This document shows positions 8,398 to 18,752 of a stretch of 64,000 bases of DNA, piece after piece. This DNA is from a candidate division FCPU426 bacterium (GTDB lineage Bacteria > Oederibacteriota > Muellerivitia > Muellerivitales > Muellerivitaceae): the NCBI GenBank assembly GCA_963771075.1, contig CAVYSE010000007.1, positions 32,001 to 96,000 on the forward strand, written 5' to 3'. The notes under the pieces were generated by a model that worked only from the letters and a program-made list of their open reading frames with translations, was not told the DNA's origin and ran no database searches. Position 1 is the first letter of the stretch. Each line of letters opens with the position of its first letter. A program made the translations under genes and the position numbers.

Positions 8398-10812
8398 ATG
8401 ATCAGTGGGTTTCAAAGCATCAGCACCATCAACAGCGGATTAATCCTCGCTGAGTTGGAACAAGATGTCACCGCCTCCAACCTTGCCCAACCCTCCTTGG
8501 ATTCCCAGGGCTATCTGATGAACAGCCTGGAATCCGTGAACGCGGGGACAGGCCCCTCCCTTTCCTTCGATGGGCTCACCGGTGTGGTTTCCGTCGGCGC
8601 GGGCGTCTCAATCGATTCCATCACCCGCTTGCGAAGCTCTTTTCTCGACAGCCAAATCCGCCAACAAAGCATGCTGGTCGGATATAACGAGATCCTGGCC
8701 AACACTTCGGGGGGCGGGGTCCTCAACCAGGTCAACAGCATCATCAACGCCACGGCCTCCGACACGCTTAATTCGGCGCTAACCCAATTCCAGAACGCCT
8801 GGCTGAACCTTGGGAATGGAACGGGTTCCGCCTCCCAGGTTCTTTCCGCGGGCACCGCTTTCGCCCAGATGGCCAACAGCCAGTACAACGCCCTGCAGAA
8901 TTTACAGCTCACCTATAACGATAATATCCAGGGGACGGTCGGCCAGATCAACCAGTTGCTGCAGCAGCTCAGTTCCATCAATTCCCAGCTCAATGCCACC
9001 CAGGGCTCCAACCAGAATTCCTTGCTGGACGCCAGGGACTACGCGTTGGACCGCCTTTCCCGCCTGGTGAATTTCCAGGTCACTTTCGGCAGCAACGGAA
9101 CCTCCAGTGTGTTCCTCAACGGCGTTTCGCTTTTGAGTTCGGCTGGAGCCGGACAGCTCCAGGCCTTCCTGCCCGACCCAACCAACCCCGCCCTGGCGGA
9201 TATCTCGGTCTCGGCTCCGACCTATGGAAACCCCATGCAAACCGGCGGCAATCCCGCGGTGGCGAACCTCTCCCCAACCACGGTCGATATCACCTCCATG
9301 ATTACGGGCGGCAATTTGGGCGGGGAACTGCAGGCCCGCAACGTGGTGCTACAAAGCTACAAGCAGGAGATCAACCAAATCGCGACCGGGGTCATGAACG
9401 TGACCAACAGCATTTACGCCACCGGGTATAACGGGGCGGCGACCGGCCAGCTGTTTTTCGAGGGGACGGGGGCGTCCAATATCATTATCAACGGGGCCTT
9501 GACCCCCTCCGGAAACCTGGCCATTTCCAGTGTTTCCTCCAACCCGGCGCTATATGTTCCCCCGGTCGCGCCCCCCCCAGACACCGAGATCGCCCAATTA
9601 CTGGGCGGCGCCGGTAATTCCCCCGGATTGATGAACCTCTTGTCCCAAAATTACGCGGTCAGTTTGAAACCCATTAATCAAGCCGGCGCCGTGATCAATC
9701 CCTTTATCCCCATGGCAGGCCAACTTTTTCAAACCAACCCGGTGGGTGGGGGGGCGGGTTGGGGCACCATCCAAATCAACGGCGTGACGATTCAAAGCCA
9801 AACGGACCCAATCGCGGGGCACAGCTATAACGCGGCCACCGACAGCATCGCGGACCTGGTTCAGGACATTAACTCCCAGGTCTCGGGCGTCACGGCCGTT
9901 TATGACTCCACCAACCAGCGGTTCTATATTTTCTCCTCAAGCCCGGTCAAGATCATCGCGTCTGCCTCGGCCGGTTCTCCCACCTTTTTCCAATGGGCGA
10001 ACGTCACCGACGTGATGGTGGGCCTTTCCACCTTGAACAATAGCTTCGATCCCAACATGCCCAAGGTCTATACGACCGCCGGTTCACCCTTGCCGACCAC
10101 CCCCTCCCCCATGGATTCCCTGGTACCGAGTCCCGTGGCGCTCTTGAACCAACCCACCTTTGGGCCCAATATTTCCGCCTTGGCGGTCACGGCGGGGGCG
10201 AACGGTACTTTTTCCATCAACGGCATGGCGCCCTTGGCCTGGAACAATACCCAAAGCGTCAATACGGTTTTAACGGCCATCAACACCTCGGGCGCGGGCG
10301 TGGCGGGCCAAGCTTCGGTCAACACTCAAACGGTGCTTCCGACTTTTTTTGGCGGAAACAACACTCAAGCGGTGATCTTGTCTTCCTTGAGCCCGATTTC
10401 CATCGCCGATGTGACTGGAAATTTCACCTCCGTGATCGGGGTCAATACCAGCCTGTCCCTGGGAAACATGTCCTCCTCGGTTCTTGGGCAGGTTCAAAAC
10501 GACTTGACGGGCCAAACCGCCTTGTCCCAAGAGGACCAGGACGCCTTGAACCAGCTAAACACCGCCCAGGCCAACTTGGCCGGCATTAACACGGGGGGGG
10601 CCTCCTCGTCTTCCTCCGCCTCGGGCATACCCAACAGCTCCAATTCGGGGGTTCCCATCGCCTCGATCCAACAACAAGCCACCTCGGCCGCCACGGCCTA
10701 CAACGCCTTGTTAGAAATCATGCAGGTCATCGACAACATGTATCAGAACCTGATCAACGTCGTGGGCGGGGGCACCGCGACGAGCAACAGCAACAACAGC
10801 TTTCAAGGTTAA
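8398..10812 (+). CDS. flgK: Divergent, enlarged hook-associated protein FlgK
   Basis: GVSIDSITRLRSSFLDSQIR, QINQLLQQLSSINSQL, NSLLDARDYALDRLSRLV, GGNLGGELQAR; C-terminal helix resembles FlgK but lacks the usual VNLDEE. Confidence 0.8.
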   Translation: MISGFQSISTINSGLILAELEQDVTASNLAQPSLDSQGYLMNSLESVNAGTGPSLSFDGLTGVVSVGAGVSIDSITRLRSSFLDSQIRQQSMLVGYNEILANTSGGGVLNQVNSIINATASDTLNSALTQFQNAWLNLGNGTGSASQVLSAGTAFAQMANSQYNALQNLQLTYNDNIQGTVGQINQLLQQLSSINSQLNATQGSNQNSLLDARDYALDRLSRLVNFQVTFGSNGTSSVFLNGVSLLSSAGAGQLQAFLPDPTNPALADISVSAPTYGNPMQTGGNPAVANLSPTTVDITSMITGGNLGGELQARNVVLQSYKQEINQIATGVMNVTNSIYATGYNGAATGQLFFEGTGASNIIINGALTPSGNLAISSVSSNPALYVPPVAPPPDTEIAQLLGGAGNSPGLMNLLSQNYAVSLKPINQAGAVINPFIPMAGQLFQTNPVGGGAGWGTIQINGVTIQSQTDPIAGHSYNAATDSIADLVQDINSQVSGVTAVYDSTNQRFYIFSSSPVKIIASASAGSPTFFQWANVTDVMVGLSTLNNSFDPNMPKVYTTAGSPLPTTPSPMDSLVPSPVALLNQPTFGPNISALAVTAGANGTFSINGMAPLAWNNTQSVNTVLTAINTSGAGVAGQASVNTQTVLPTFFGGNNTQAVILSSLSPISIADVTGNFTSVIGVNTSLSLGNMSSSVLGQVQNDLTGQTALSQEDQDALNQLNTAQANLAGINTGGASSSSSASGIPNSSNSGVPIASIQQQATSAATAYNALLEIMQVIDNMYQNLINVVGGGTATSNSNNSFQG

Positions 10813-10822
10813 GGGGTAAAAC

Positions 10823-13800
10823 ATGAGCGTGAAAAATATAAGTGACCTTCTGGACAGCCTATCCTCCAAGACCGCGAAATCGGCGGACGGCCTTTTAAAC
10901 CCGGCCAATCCCTCGACGGTCCCGGGCGGCGGTTCGGGCTCGGGGAATAATTCTTTCGGACAGGTGATCGCCAAGGTCGCCGACCAGCAGCAAACCGCAA
11001 ATAACAATCCTGCTCCCGCCGCTCAAGACAATCCGGCGCCGGTTCCGGTGGTGACTCCTACGGCAGTGACGGCCCCCGGAACCCAGAACCAGGCGCCCGC
11101 TCTTAATTCCAGTTCATCGGGTACGACCCAAACCACCCAGGACACGCTCCTGGTTTCAGAAAGGCTCCAGGGGGTCAAGCCCCAGGATATCGCCACCATT
11201 GAGAAATCCTTTTTTGCCATGGCCTCGGGGTTGGCCAGCCTTCTTTCCCAGGCCCAACAGCTCGCCGGGGAAAATTCGGATCAACTACAGGCCCAGTTGG
11301 TCGCTAATTCGGGTGGAAAGATCACTCCCGCCGAGGCGTCCCAACTGGTTTCCGCCGTTCTCAGTTTTATCAATAACCTGCCTCCGGGCCAAAATCCGCT
11401 CGACCTGAACAAACAAGACCAGAACAACCTGGTCGGCCAGATGCTTCAACAGATGCTTCAAAACCAACAGGTGGCTTTTGCCTTGACCCCAACGGCCATC
11501 CAGGGCGATCAAAATGGATCCAACAACGGTCAAGGTATTGCCGGGGTTTCCGGGGCGGCCGGACTCTCCAATGTCACCCTGCAATTCTTATTCACGGAAG
11601 GCCAGATCAACCAAACCAAAACCACCGGGAACCAGGGCTCAGGACTGCAGGTAAACTACCAGGCTGCCCAGGTGAGCGTAACCACCCAAACCTTTGAAAC
11701 CCAGAATGCGCAGGGCTTGAGGGGTACCGGGGCCGGGGCGGCAAACTTTGCCCTTCCCGCCGAGCCGTCCCTGAATACCGCGTTTAATTTCCAGCCCATT
11801 CCGCAGGATAAGGTCCAAGCCATCCTGAACGCCCTGAGCCAATTGGGCGCCCAGCCTGCTTCCGACCTGAATGTAACCGTGGTTAACCCCACCTTGACGG
11901 CCCAGGGGGAACAAGCCTCAGCCAATAGCAAAAACTTACAGTCACTCTTCAAGGTTTTGTTGCAAGCCGGGGCAGGGCCCGTGATGTTGCAGTCATCCCT
12001 CGCCCAACAGGCGGCCCTCACCAACAATTCCAACGTCCAAAATACAAACGTCACCGCGAATGCGGTCGCCCAATTGACTCAAGGTTTGACAGGCACTCTC
12101 CAGGCAGGCGCGGTCCAAGCCGCCGCGGGCACCCAAAACACGGCCAACCCCAATGTGAATCAAAACCCATTGCCGGTTCAAACGGGTGTCCCAGCCCCGG
12201 TTCAGCCGGTGATCAACCCCGTGCCGGCTCCGGTCGTCAACCAACCTCAAACCGGTCAAAAGCAACAGGTTGCTCAAGCCCCCTTGGCCACGGCCCCAAA
12301 TCCCGATGCGATTCAAGCTCCCCAGACCCAAGCCCCATCCACGGTGAATATCGCGCCCAAGACAACGGGCCAATCCTTCTGGTCTTCGGTGAATTTCAAG
12401 CGGATCAACGAGTTGGTGCTTCGCTTTACGAATTTCATTGGTAACTCCAACACCACCGTCGCGGTCCAAACCCCGGGCAACCAAGGCCCAGCCCAGATCG
12501 CCGTAGCCAGCTCTCCCAGCGCAATCACGGCCCAGGTGGGTACCTCCATCGGTCCCAACGCCCAGCCCATCAGTATTTCGCAACTTCCCGATGGCAGCGA
12601 AAAGGAAACCGTCAACAACAACGTGGTTCCCAATACGGTCCAAATCCAACCGGATCCCATCCCAACCTCGGTCGCTACCACGACCGTCCGGGTTGAAACC
12701 CAAAACCAGACCCGTTTAGCCCAAGACCTGCTGGATAACCAGGCGGCGACAGCCCAGGTGGCCGTTCAAACCCCGGTGGCCAGTCCGGTTACGACAGTCC
12801 AGGCCCAACCGGTGAGCAATTCCCAATCCTCATCGCCTGCCCAAAGCTCGGTTGCCCTTACCCCGCCCGCCCCCGGCACGAACGCGCAGGGCTTAGCGGC
12901 GGCATTGACAGCAAATACCAATCCCTTACCCATCGTACCCGCGGGTACGCCCAATATCGTGACCCCCACGGCGTCCATAAACCCGGCGCCACCGGCTACG
13001 ACCCCGGGCGCTCCAGTTCCACCTCAACCCCAGGTTTCCCTGAACCAGCCGGTTAATCCGGTGAATGTGGTTCAACCTGCGCAGTCCAACGGCACGAACC
13101 AGGGCTTGAATCCATTGAATCAAGCGGCAAACCCTGGTTTGTCCGCAACTCCCATTTCCCCGGCGCAAAATCTTTCCGGTTCGGTGGCGGCGGTGGATGT
13201 GTTCAAACAGGGAACGACCCAAGTCCAGCCCAACAATAACCAGGCTCCCCTCAATTCGGCCAATCCGGTACAGCCGACCGGCACCGTTTCCACCGCAACG
13301 GCACAAGCGGTCACGACCCCGACCAACCTGGGCGCCTACGATAATTCCAAGCCTATCGGGGTCCAAGAAAAGAACCCCTTGAACGATCTTATGAATTCCC
13401 AGAACCAAAATATCCCCAACTCGACCGGGTTGGTCTATACCCTTGGAAAGGGCGGGGAAGTCCAAGCGGTTAATGCCGCGGGTAACACCATTCCCATTAA
13501 CGCTACGGACCTGATCGGCCAGATTTCAGGGCAGGTTACCGCCAGGGGGGCCGAGTTAAGGGCCGTCACTTCCATCAGCTTCCAGCTTCAACCCGAGAAC
13601 TTGGGAAGGTTGAACATCCAGGTTTCCTTGGTGGACCAGTCGGTTTCAGCCCGAATTCTCGTGACAAACCCGGAGGTTAAGGAAGCCCTCCAGCAGCACA
13701 TGGTCGACCTTCAAACAGCCTTAAATCAGGCCGGGCTTGCAGATTGACCAGCTCCAGGTTCAGGTTCAGGGTGGAGGGGCCAGCCTTTTGGCCCAGTATT

Positions 13801-13934
13801 ATCAGTTTCAGCAGGAAGGTTATGGTTCCAGCCTGCCCCTCGGGGTCGGCGGTTATCCCGGTGGTTTGACTGAAAACGAGGCCTTAATAGCCCCTCTTTC
13901 GGATCGGAAATCGCTGGTCAACCTGCTGGCTTAA
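10823..13934 (+). CDS. fliK: Very long hook-length control protein FliK (one frameshift near 13737, probably a sequence error)
   Basis: Gln/Pro/Asn/Thr-rich low-complexity body; FliK C-domain FQLQPENLGRLNIQV...VKEALQQHMVDLQTALNQAG continues as LQIDQLQVQV in ORF 13737..13934; precedes flgD. Confidence 0.85.
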
Positions 13935-14005
13935 ATAAGGCTTTTGAGTGTCTTACCAGTTTTTGGTTTAGATGTTCCCTTGATACGTTTTTAGCGGGAA
14001 AAGGC

Positions 14006-14032
14006 TTAAGTTTTTCGGCATAATGCCGTTAG
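14006..14032 (+). promoter_or_regulatory. Sigma28-type promoter upstream of flgD
   Basis: TTAAGTTT-N11-GCCGTTAG; same spacing and -10 variant as the flgM promoter. Confidence 0.7.
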
Positions 14033-14060
14033 AATTAATCAAGAAAGAGGGGTGATTTTC

Positions 14061-14478
14061 ATGGTTTCAGGCGTGGAAAACAACAATTCTTTGTCGAACG
14101 CCTTGGGGAGTGTTGCGGGAAGCAGCAGCCAATTCGTGTCCGAGAACACGTTTTTAACTCTTCTGATTACTCAGTTGGAGAATCAAGACCCGATGAATCC
14201 CCAGGACAGCAGTCAGTTCGTGTCCCAGTTGGCTTCCTTTTCATCGTTGGAGCAAATGACGGCGATGAACACGAACATGCAGAACGTCCTGGATAACTCG
14301 GCGACCAGTTTGATCAACCAGCAACGTGACGCTGTTGGATCAAAACGGAAACATGGTTCAGGGAACGGTTACCGGTATTGTTTATTATTCGAACACTCCG
14401 GCAGTCCAGGTCAACGGCCAAAATTATCCTTTATCGGATATTCAAAACGTTGGCAATGTGGCAGCGACAGGACAGTAG
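14061..14478 (+). CDS. flgD: Hook capping protein FlgD (frameshift near 14321)
   Basis: FLTLLITQLENQDPMNPQDSSQFVSQLASFSSLEQM; shifted frame gives NVTLLDQNGNMVQGTVTGIVYYSNTPAVQVNGQNYPLSDIQNV ending at TAG 14478. Confidence 0.9.
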
Positions 14479-14537
14479 CAGCGGGGTTTGTATCTTGGCC
14501 CGGAAGTTTCGGGTCCTTGAAAGGCAGGTGAGGACCA

Positions 14538-14948
14538 GTGGTTCAGCAAGTGAACTTTAATGATTTGACTTTCAAGCCGGTGGATGACGTCCAAAGCAAG
14601 GGCCAGTTGCAGCAGATCCAGCAGCAGGCTAGTAAGGCCGCGGCGGCCGTCCAGCCCTTCGACGCGGTTTTCCAGACGGCGGTCGATAAAACCCAATCGT
14701 TGAAGTTTTCGGCCCACGCCAAGGAAAGATTGGCAATGCGCAATATCAACCTTTCCGGGGACGACATGGCCCGCATGAACGCCGCGGTCGATAAGGCGGC
14801 TTCCAAGGGGGCGCGTCAATCCTTGTTGGTGATGGACCAGCAGGCTTTTATCGTCAGCGTGCCGAACCGCACCGTGATTACCGCGATGGATGGCGGAAGC
14901 ATGAAAGAGAATGTCTTCACCAACATCGATAGTGCGGTGATCGTTTAG
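14538..14948 (+). CDS. Flagellar operon protein, TIGR02530-like
   Basis: LKFSAHAKERLAMRNI...KGARQSLLVM...NRTVITAMD...ENVFTNIDSAVIV; usual position between flgD and flgE. Confidence 0.92.
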   Translation: MVQQVNFNDLTFKPVDDVQSKGQLQQIQQQASKAAAAVQPFDAVFQTAVDKTQSLKFSAHAKERLAMRNINLSGDDMARMNAAVDKAASKGARQSLLVMDQQAFIVSVPNRTVITAMDGGSMKENVFTNIDSAVIV

Positions 14949-14982
14949 CCGTTAGTTGTTTATCGTTTTTGCAGGGTAGTGA

Positions 14983-15034
14983 CGGGCTGGACCTCCTAGA
15001 GGAAGCCCGAAATCAAGCGGGTTGAATACCCGCT
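14983..15034 (+). ncRNA. Putative cis-regulatory RNA structure in the flgE leader (two hairpins)
   Basis: CGGGCT-GGA-CCTC-cta-GAGG-A-AGCCCG then AGCGGGT-tgaat-ACCCGCT, just before the TAAGGAG RBS. Confidence 0.6.
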
Positions 15035-15054
15035 CAAATTTAAGGAGATAGACC

Positions 15055-17179
15055 ATGGGTATGCGTGATATGTACAGTGCCATTTCCGGTCTCGAAGCCA
15101 ATAGCACGTGGCTCGACGTCATCGGAAATAACATCTCGAACGTCAACACGATCGCTTATAAGGCGAGCCGGTTGGAGTTCGCGTCAACTTTCAGCCAGAC
15201 TCTCAATCCGGGCCAGGGAGACAATACGGGAAGCGACATGGGCGGCATCAACCCCCTCCAGGTCGGCTTGGGTACCCGCGTGGCTTCCATCCAGACCCTT
15301 TGGGCGGAAGGCTCGCTCCAGCAAACGGGCGTTTCCACCGACGTCGCCATCCAGGGTAACGGCTTTTTGGTGACCAAGAACAACGGAAACCAATACTTGA
15401 CCCGAGCCGGCAACCTGACCTTCGACAGTGCCGGTAACTTGACGGACCAGAACGGCGGATTGATCCAGGGGTTTGGGCCACGGTCCAATATAACCAAACC
15501 GAGATCAACTCCCAGAATGGCGCGGCGGGCAAATTGGCGGACGATGTTACTCCTTTGTACATCACCAACGCGCAACTGACCGTCAACAACACCAACTTGT
15601 CGGCGGCCACCAATATCCAGATCAACCCCAATTTCGTGGAGCCGGCCAGCGCCACCAACCAATTGAATTTCATTGGCAACCTGGATTCCTTCCAGCAGGT
15701 ACAAGTTTTGAATCTCGGTCAAGGGATTGACGCAGTCGGCGGGGGCGGCCGCTGATCCGGCTGCATTGCCGCTTGGCGCGGTTGACTATTGGGCTGGATA
15801 AGGTGGGTGTCTTCGCCGATGTTTTTAACGCCAATAAAATAGTTCCTGTGGCTATTGGACTGAATGGGCAATCGGCGGGCGCGGCTGTTACGGGGGGCAC
15901 ACGATCCCTTCAAATCGAAAACGACCTGGCTACCGGTGAGGATCCCGATGATCCGAGGCATACGACGCCTGTGATTGTCGAGGCTTGTTCCTTGGACGTG
16001 ATCCAGAATCGCTGCAAACGCGACGGGTGAGGATTTCGCGTGGAACCAGGAACCGCCGGTGACCCCGGCCCTGACTTCGGCCCAGACGGTCTATGACTCG
16101 ACCGGCACGGCCCACACCATCACCACCTGTTTTTATCAGGTGACGGATATCAGCACTAATGGCATCAACCCCACGCCTCAAAACCAAGTAGCCTATGCCT
16201 GGTATTCCTTCGACACGACAGGTGGCGCCGCAATCAGCACGCAAAACCTCCTGGGCGGGACTGGAATCTACGAGGGTTCTGGACACTTGTTGGGCCCAGG
16301 AAAAGGGTACGACCGTGGCACTGTGGGCAACGAATATTGGGGTGACCTGATCTATTTCAACTCCGATGGCTCATTGGCTTCCACTGGTGGGGCGGGAATT
16401 GTCAACGGCAATATCATCCAGACTCAGCCGGATATTTATTTGCCGCTCAGCCCAGCCATCTGGTGCTGATATCGTGGGACCTGGGACCGCCGCTCCAGAC
16501 GCTGGTGACCGCCACCATGAGTCCGGTTTCACCCATACCTACCTTAGGCGCTGAAATCATGCAAATGAAAATGAATTTCGGTACTGCCGGTTTTACCCAA
16601 GGACCTGGGGTCGATCACATGGAGTTAATTAAATACTGGCGTACCCGATGGAGATACACCACTTCCTGATTGGGGCCAAGACGTCCGGGAACTATCATCG
16701 GGGCAGGCCGCGACGGCTTATTCAGCGACGCGGAAGGCACCTACCAGGTGATCAATGGGGTCAACACCTACGTGGCCAACAGCTACGCCACGACCACCCA
16801 AAATGGTTACGCGGATGGAACTTTGCAAAGCCTTTCCTTCAACGCGGTCGGCACCATCGAGGGCCAGTTCAGCAACGGGCAGACCACGGCCCTGGGCCAG
16901 CTTTTGATGGCCAGTGTCGAGAACGTGAATGGTCTGGACTCCGTGGGTAACAACTACTACACCGAGGGGCCGAACGCAGGGGCGCAGATTTTGGGCACGG
17001 CCGGCACGAACGGGATGGGCACCATTGAGGGAGGTTATTTGGAAGGGTCCAACGTCGACTTGACGACGGAACTTTCCAACATGATCATCGCCCAAAGGGG
17101 CTTTGACGTGAACTCCCGGGTGATCTCGGTGGAAAACGCCAACCTGCAGGTTCTGACCCAATTGGGCCAGGGCGGCTGA
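15055..17179 (+). CDS. flgE: Flagellar hook protein FlgE, broken here by several frameshifts and stops
   Basis: MYSAISGL...DVIGNNISNVNTIAYK, LTRAGNLTFD (15055-15480); TVYDSTGTAH (about 16070); GYADGTL...YLEGSNVDLTTELSNMIIAQRGFDVNSRVI (16670-17179). Confidence 0.9.
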
Positions 17180-17228
17180 TGACTCAATAAGAAGTAATGC
17201 GGCCTGAGTAATCAGGCATCGTTTAATG

Positions 17229-17262
17229 GCGGCGCTTCCCATGGGGGGCGCCGCTTTTTTTT
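17229..17262 (+). terminator. Intrinsic terminator after flgE
   Basis: GCGGCGCttccc-at-gggggGCGCCGC stem followed by T8. Confidence 0.85.
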
Positions 17263-17317
17263 GTTAGGGTCTTTCCCAAATTTTTAGATAAAGGGTTTTG
17301 AAGTACTTTTTGTGGTC

Positions 17318-17468
17318 TGTCATCGAGAGGAGGCGCCCCAATCGGGGGCGGTTGCCGACGTCGCGATCTCAGTTCGATGTTCGTCTTGGCCTTTTTAAAG
17401 GTTTTTTTAAACTGGGATTGCCACCTCGTGAACGTCCGCCTATTCGGCGGCCACTCGTCGCAATGACA
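17318..17468. repeat. Palindromic REP/MITE-like element with TGTCAT...ATGACA ends
   Basis: Ends TGTCATCG/CAATGACA, internal GCGATCTCAGTT/AACTGGGATTGC arms and small GC hairpins; degenerate inverted flanks extend to about 17278-17510. Confidence 0.6.
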
Positions 17469-17614
17469 ACCAAATAAAGCAGATTTAAAACAGACTCTAT
17501 CTGCAAATTTAGGAAAGAGGCTTTTGTTGTAAAGGGACGACTCTTCGGGTCGCCACTTGGCCGGGGCCTTAAAACAGCCGCACATTGCTGGGAATACCGA
17601 CGAAATTCCCTTGC

Positions 17615-17641
17615 TCAAGCTTTTAACCCATCAACCGTTAG
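17615..17641 (+). promoter_or_regulatory. Sigma28-type promoter upstream of the Kelch lipoprotein-flbD unit
   Basis: TCAAGCTT-N11-ACCGTTAG. Confidence 0.65.
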
Positions 17642-17658
17642 GTTAAGATGTGGAAACT

Positions 17659-18727
17659 ATGAAATTAACCGACCGATTCATAAATGCCCTATCCGTGATC
17701 CTTTGCGTAATTCTTTTGGGGTCCTTCGGATGCTCGAAAAAAACACCCACTTCTCCCGGTGGATCGACCTGGGGCGAAGTGACCGCTCATGCCGCCTGGT
17801 CGCCCACGTTATGGAATGGGAGGGACCTTGTTTAATGGGCAGATGTGGGTGGCGGGGGGGGCTTGGGGCGTTTCCGGCGCTGTCACGAACTATTACGGGG
17901 GTGTCTACAAATCCGGTGACGGTGCCCAATGGAGTGAAACAATTGGGGATGGCAATAGCTTTTTCGGCAACCGCTATTCACCTGGCTTCGTTTCTTATAA
18001 CGGCCTCTTATGGGTCATCGGCGGAAACGAGAATGGAACCTTAAAAAATGATGTTTGGTCTTCCCCGGATGGTACGAATTGGACATTGGTGACAGCCCAC
18101 GCGGGGTTCACACCCAGGGAAGATTTCATTTCCCTGGTTTATAACAACGCGATATGGGTAATTGGAGGTTGGGATAATTCCGCTGAGGCGGATATATGGA
18201 CCTATACCACCGCATCCGGATGGGTGAAGGTGACGCCCGTGATCAACACATCCGCCATTCCAAGTTTTGGTATTGGTTTTAGGGGCCGGTGGGGTTCGGC
18301 GGGGACGGTATTCAACGGTCTCATCTATATTTACTCGGGATGCGCGGGAAGCCCTTATGAGGGTTCGCTCGTGGGCACCGGGGATGGCGACGTATGGTCT
18401 TTTGATGGGACGAATTTAGTCTTATTAGCGGACGGGGGAGTGGGAGGCAACCCGGTCCCAGTGGTTTATCACCAGTTAAGCGCAAATAACGGATACCTTT
18501 ACCTAACCACCGGGATCGCCCCGGGAGCAAATGTTTATCCCGGAAATTACACGTCGACCGATTGCAAAAACTGGTCATTTCACACTGGTGAATATCTTCC
18601 CCGGTGCGGCCACACCGCCCTTTCTTACAACAGTTCAGTCTATGTGATGGGGGGCTATGACCCCACCTGTTGGCAGGCGAGTGGATGCGCGGTGACCTAT
18701 TACAACGACGTTTGGAAAACCCAATGA
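17659..18727 (+). CDS. Kelch-like beta-propeller lipoprotein (frameshift near 17805)
   Basis: Lipobox SFGC in ORF 17650..17835 joins (HAAWSP|RYGMGG) ORF 17789..18727, which has repeats WVAGG, WVIGG...NDVWSSPDGTNW, WVIGG, YVMGG...NDVW. Confidence 0.75.
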
Positions 18728-18752
18728 TCTTTGAATGGGTTGGGGTATATCC

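Noticed and set aside
11993..12703. Long minus-strand and alternate-frame ORFs (for example 11993..12703, 27269..28123, 30124..30765, 35704..36306)
   Set aside because: They are shadows of well-supported plus-strand genes and have no recognisable motifs.
14948..14955. GCCGTTAG as a further sigma28 -10 box before flgE
   Set aside because: No TAAAG/TCAAG-like -35 element at the required spacing.
16667..16669. In-frame TGA in flgE as selenocysteine or stop-codon reassignment
   Set aside because: TGA terminates many intact genes here (flgG, flgH, uvrB), and this one lies in an indel-rich stretch.
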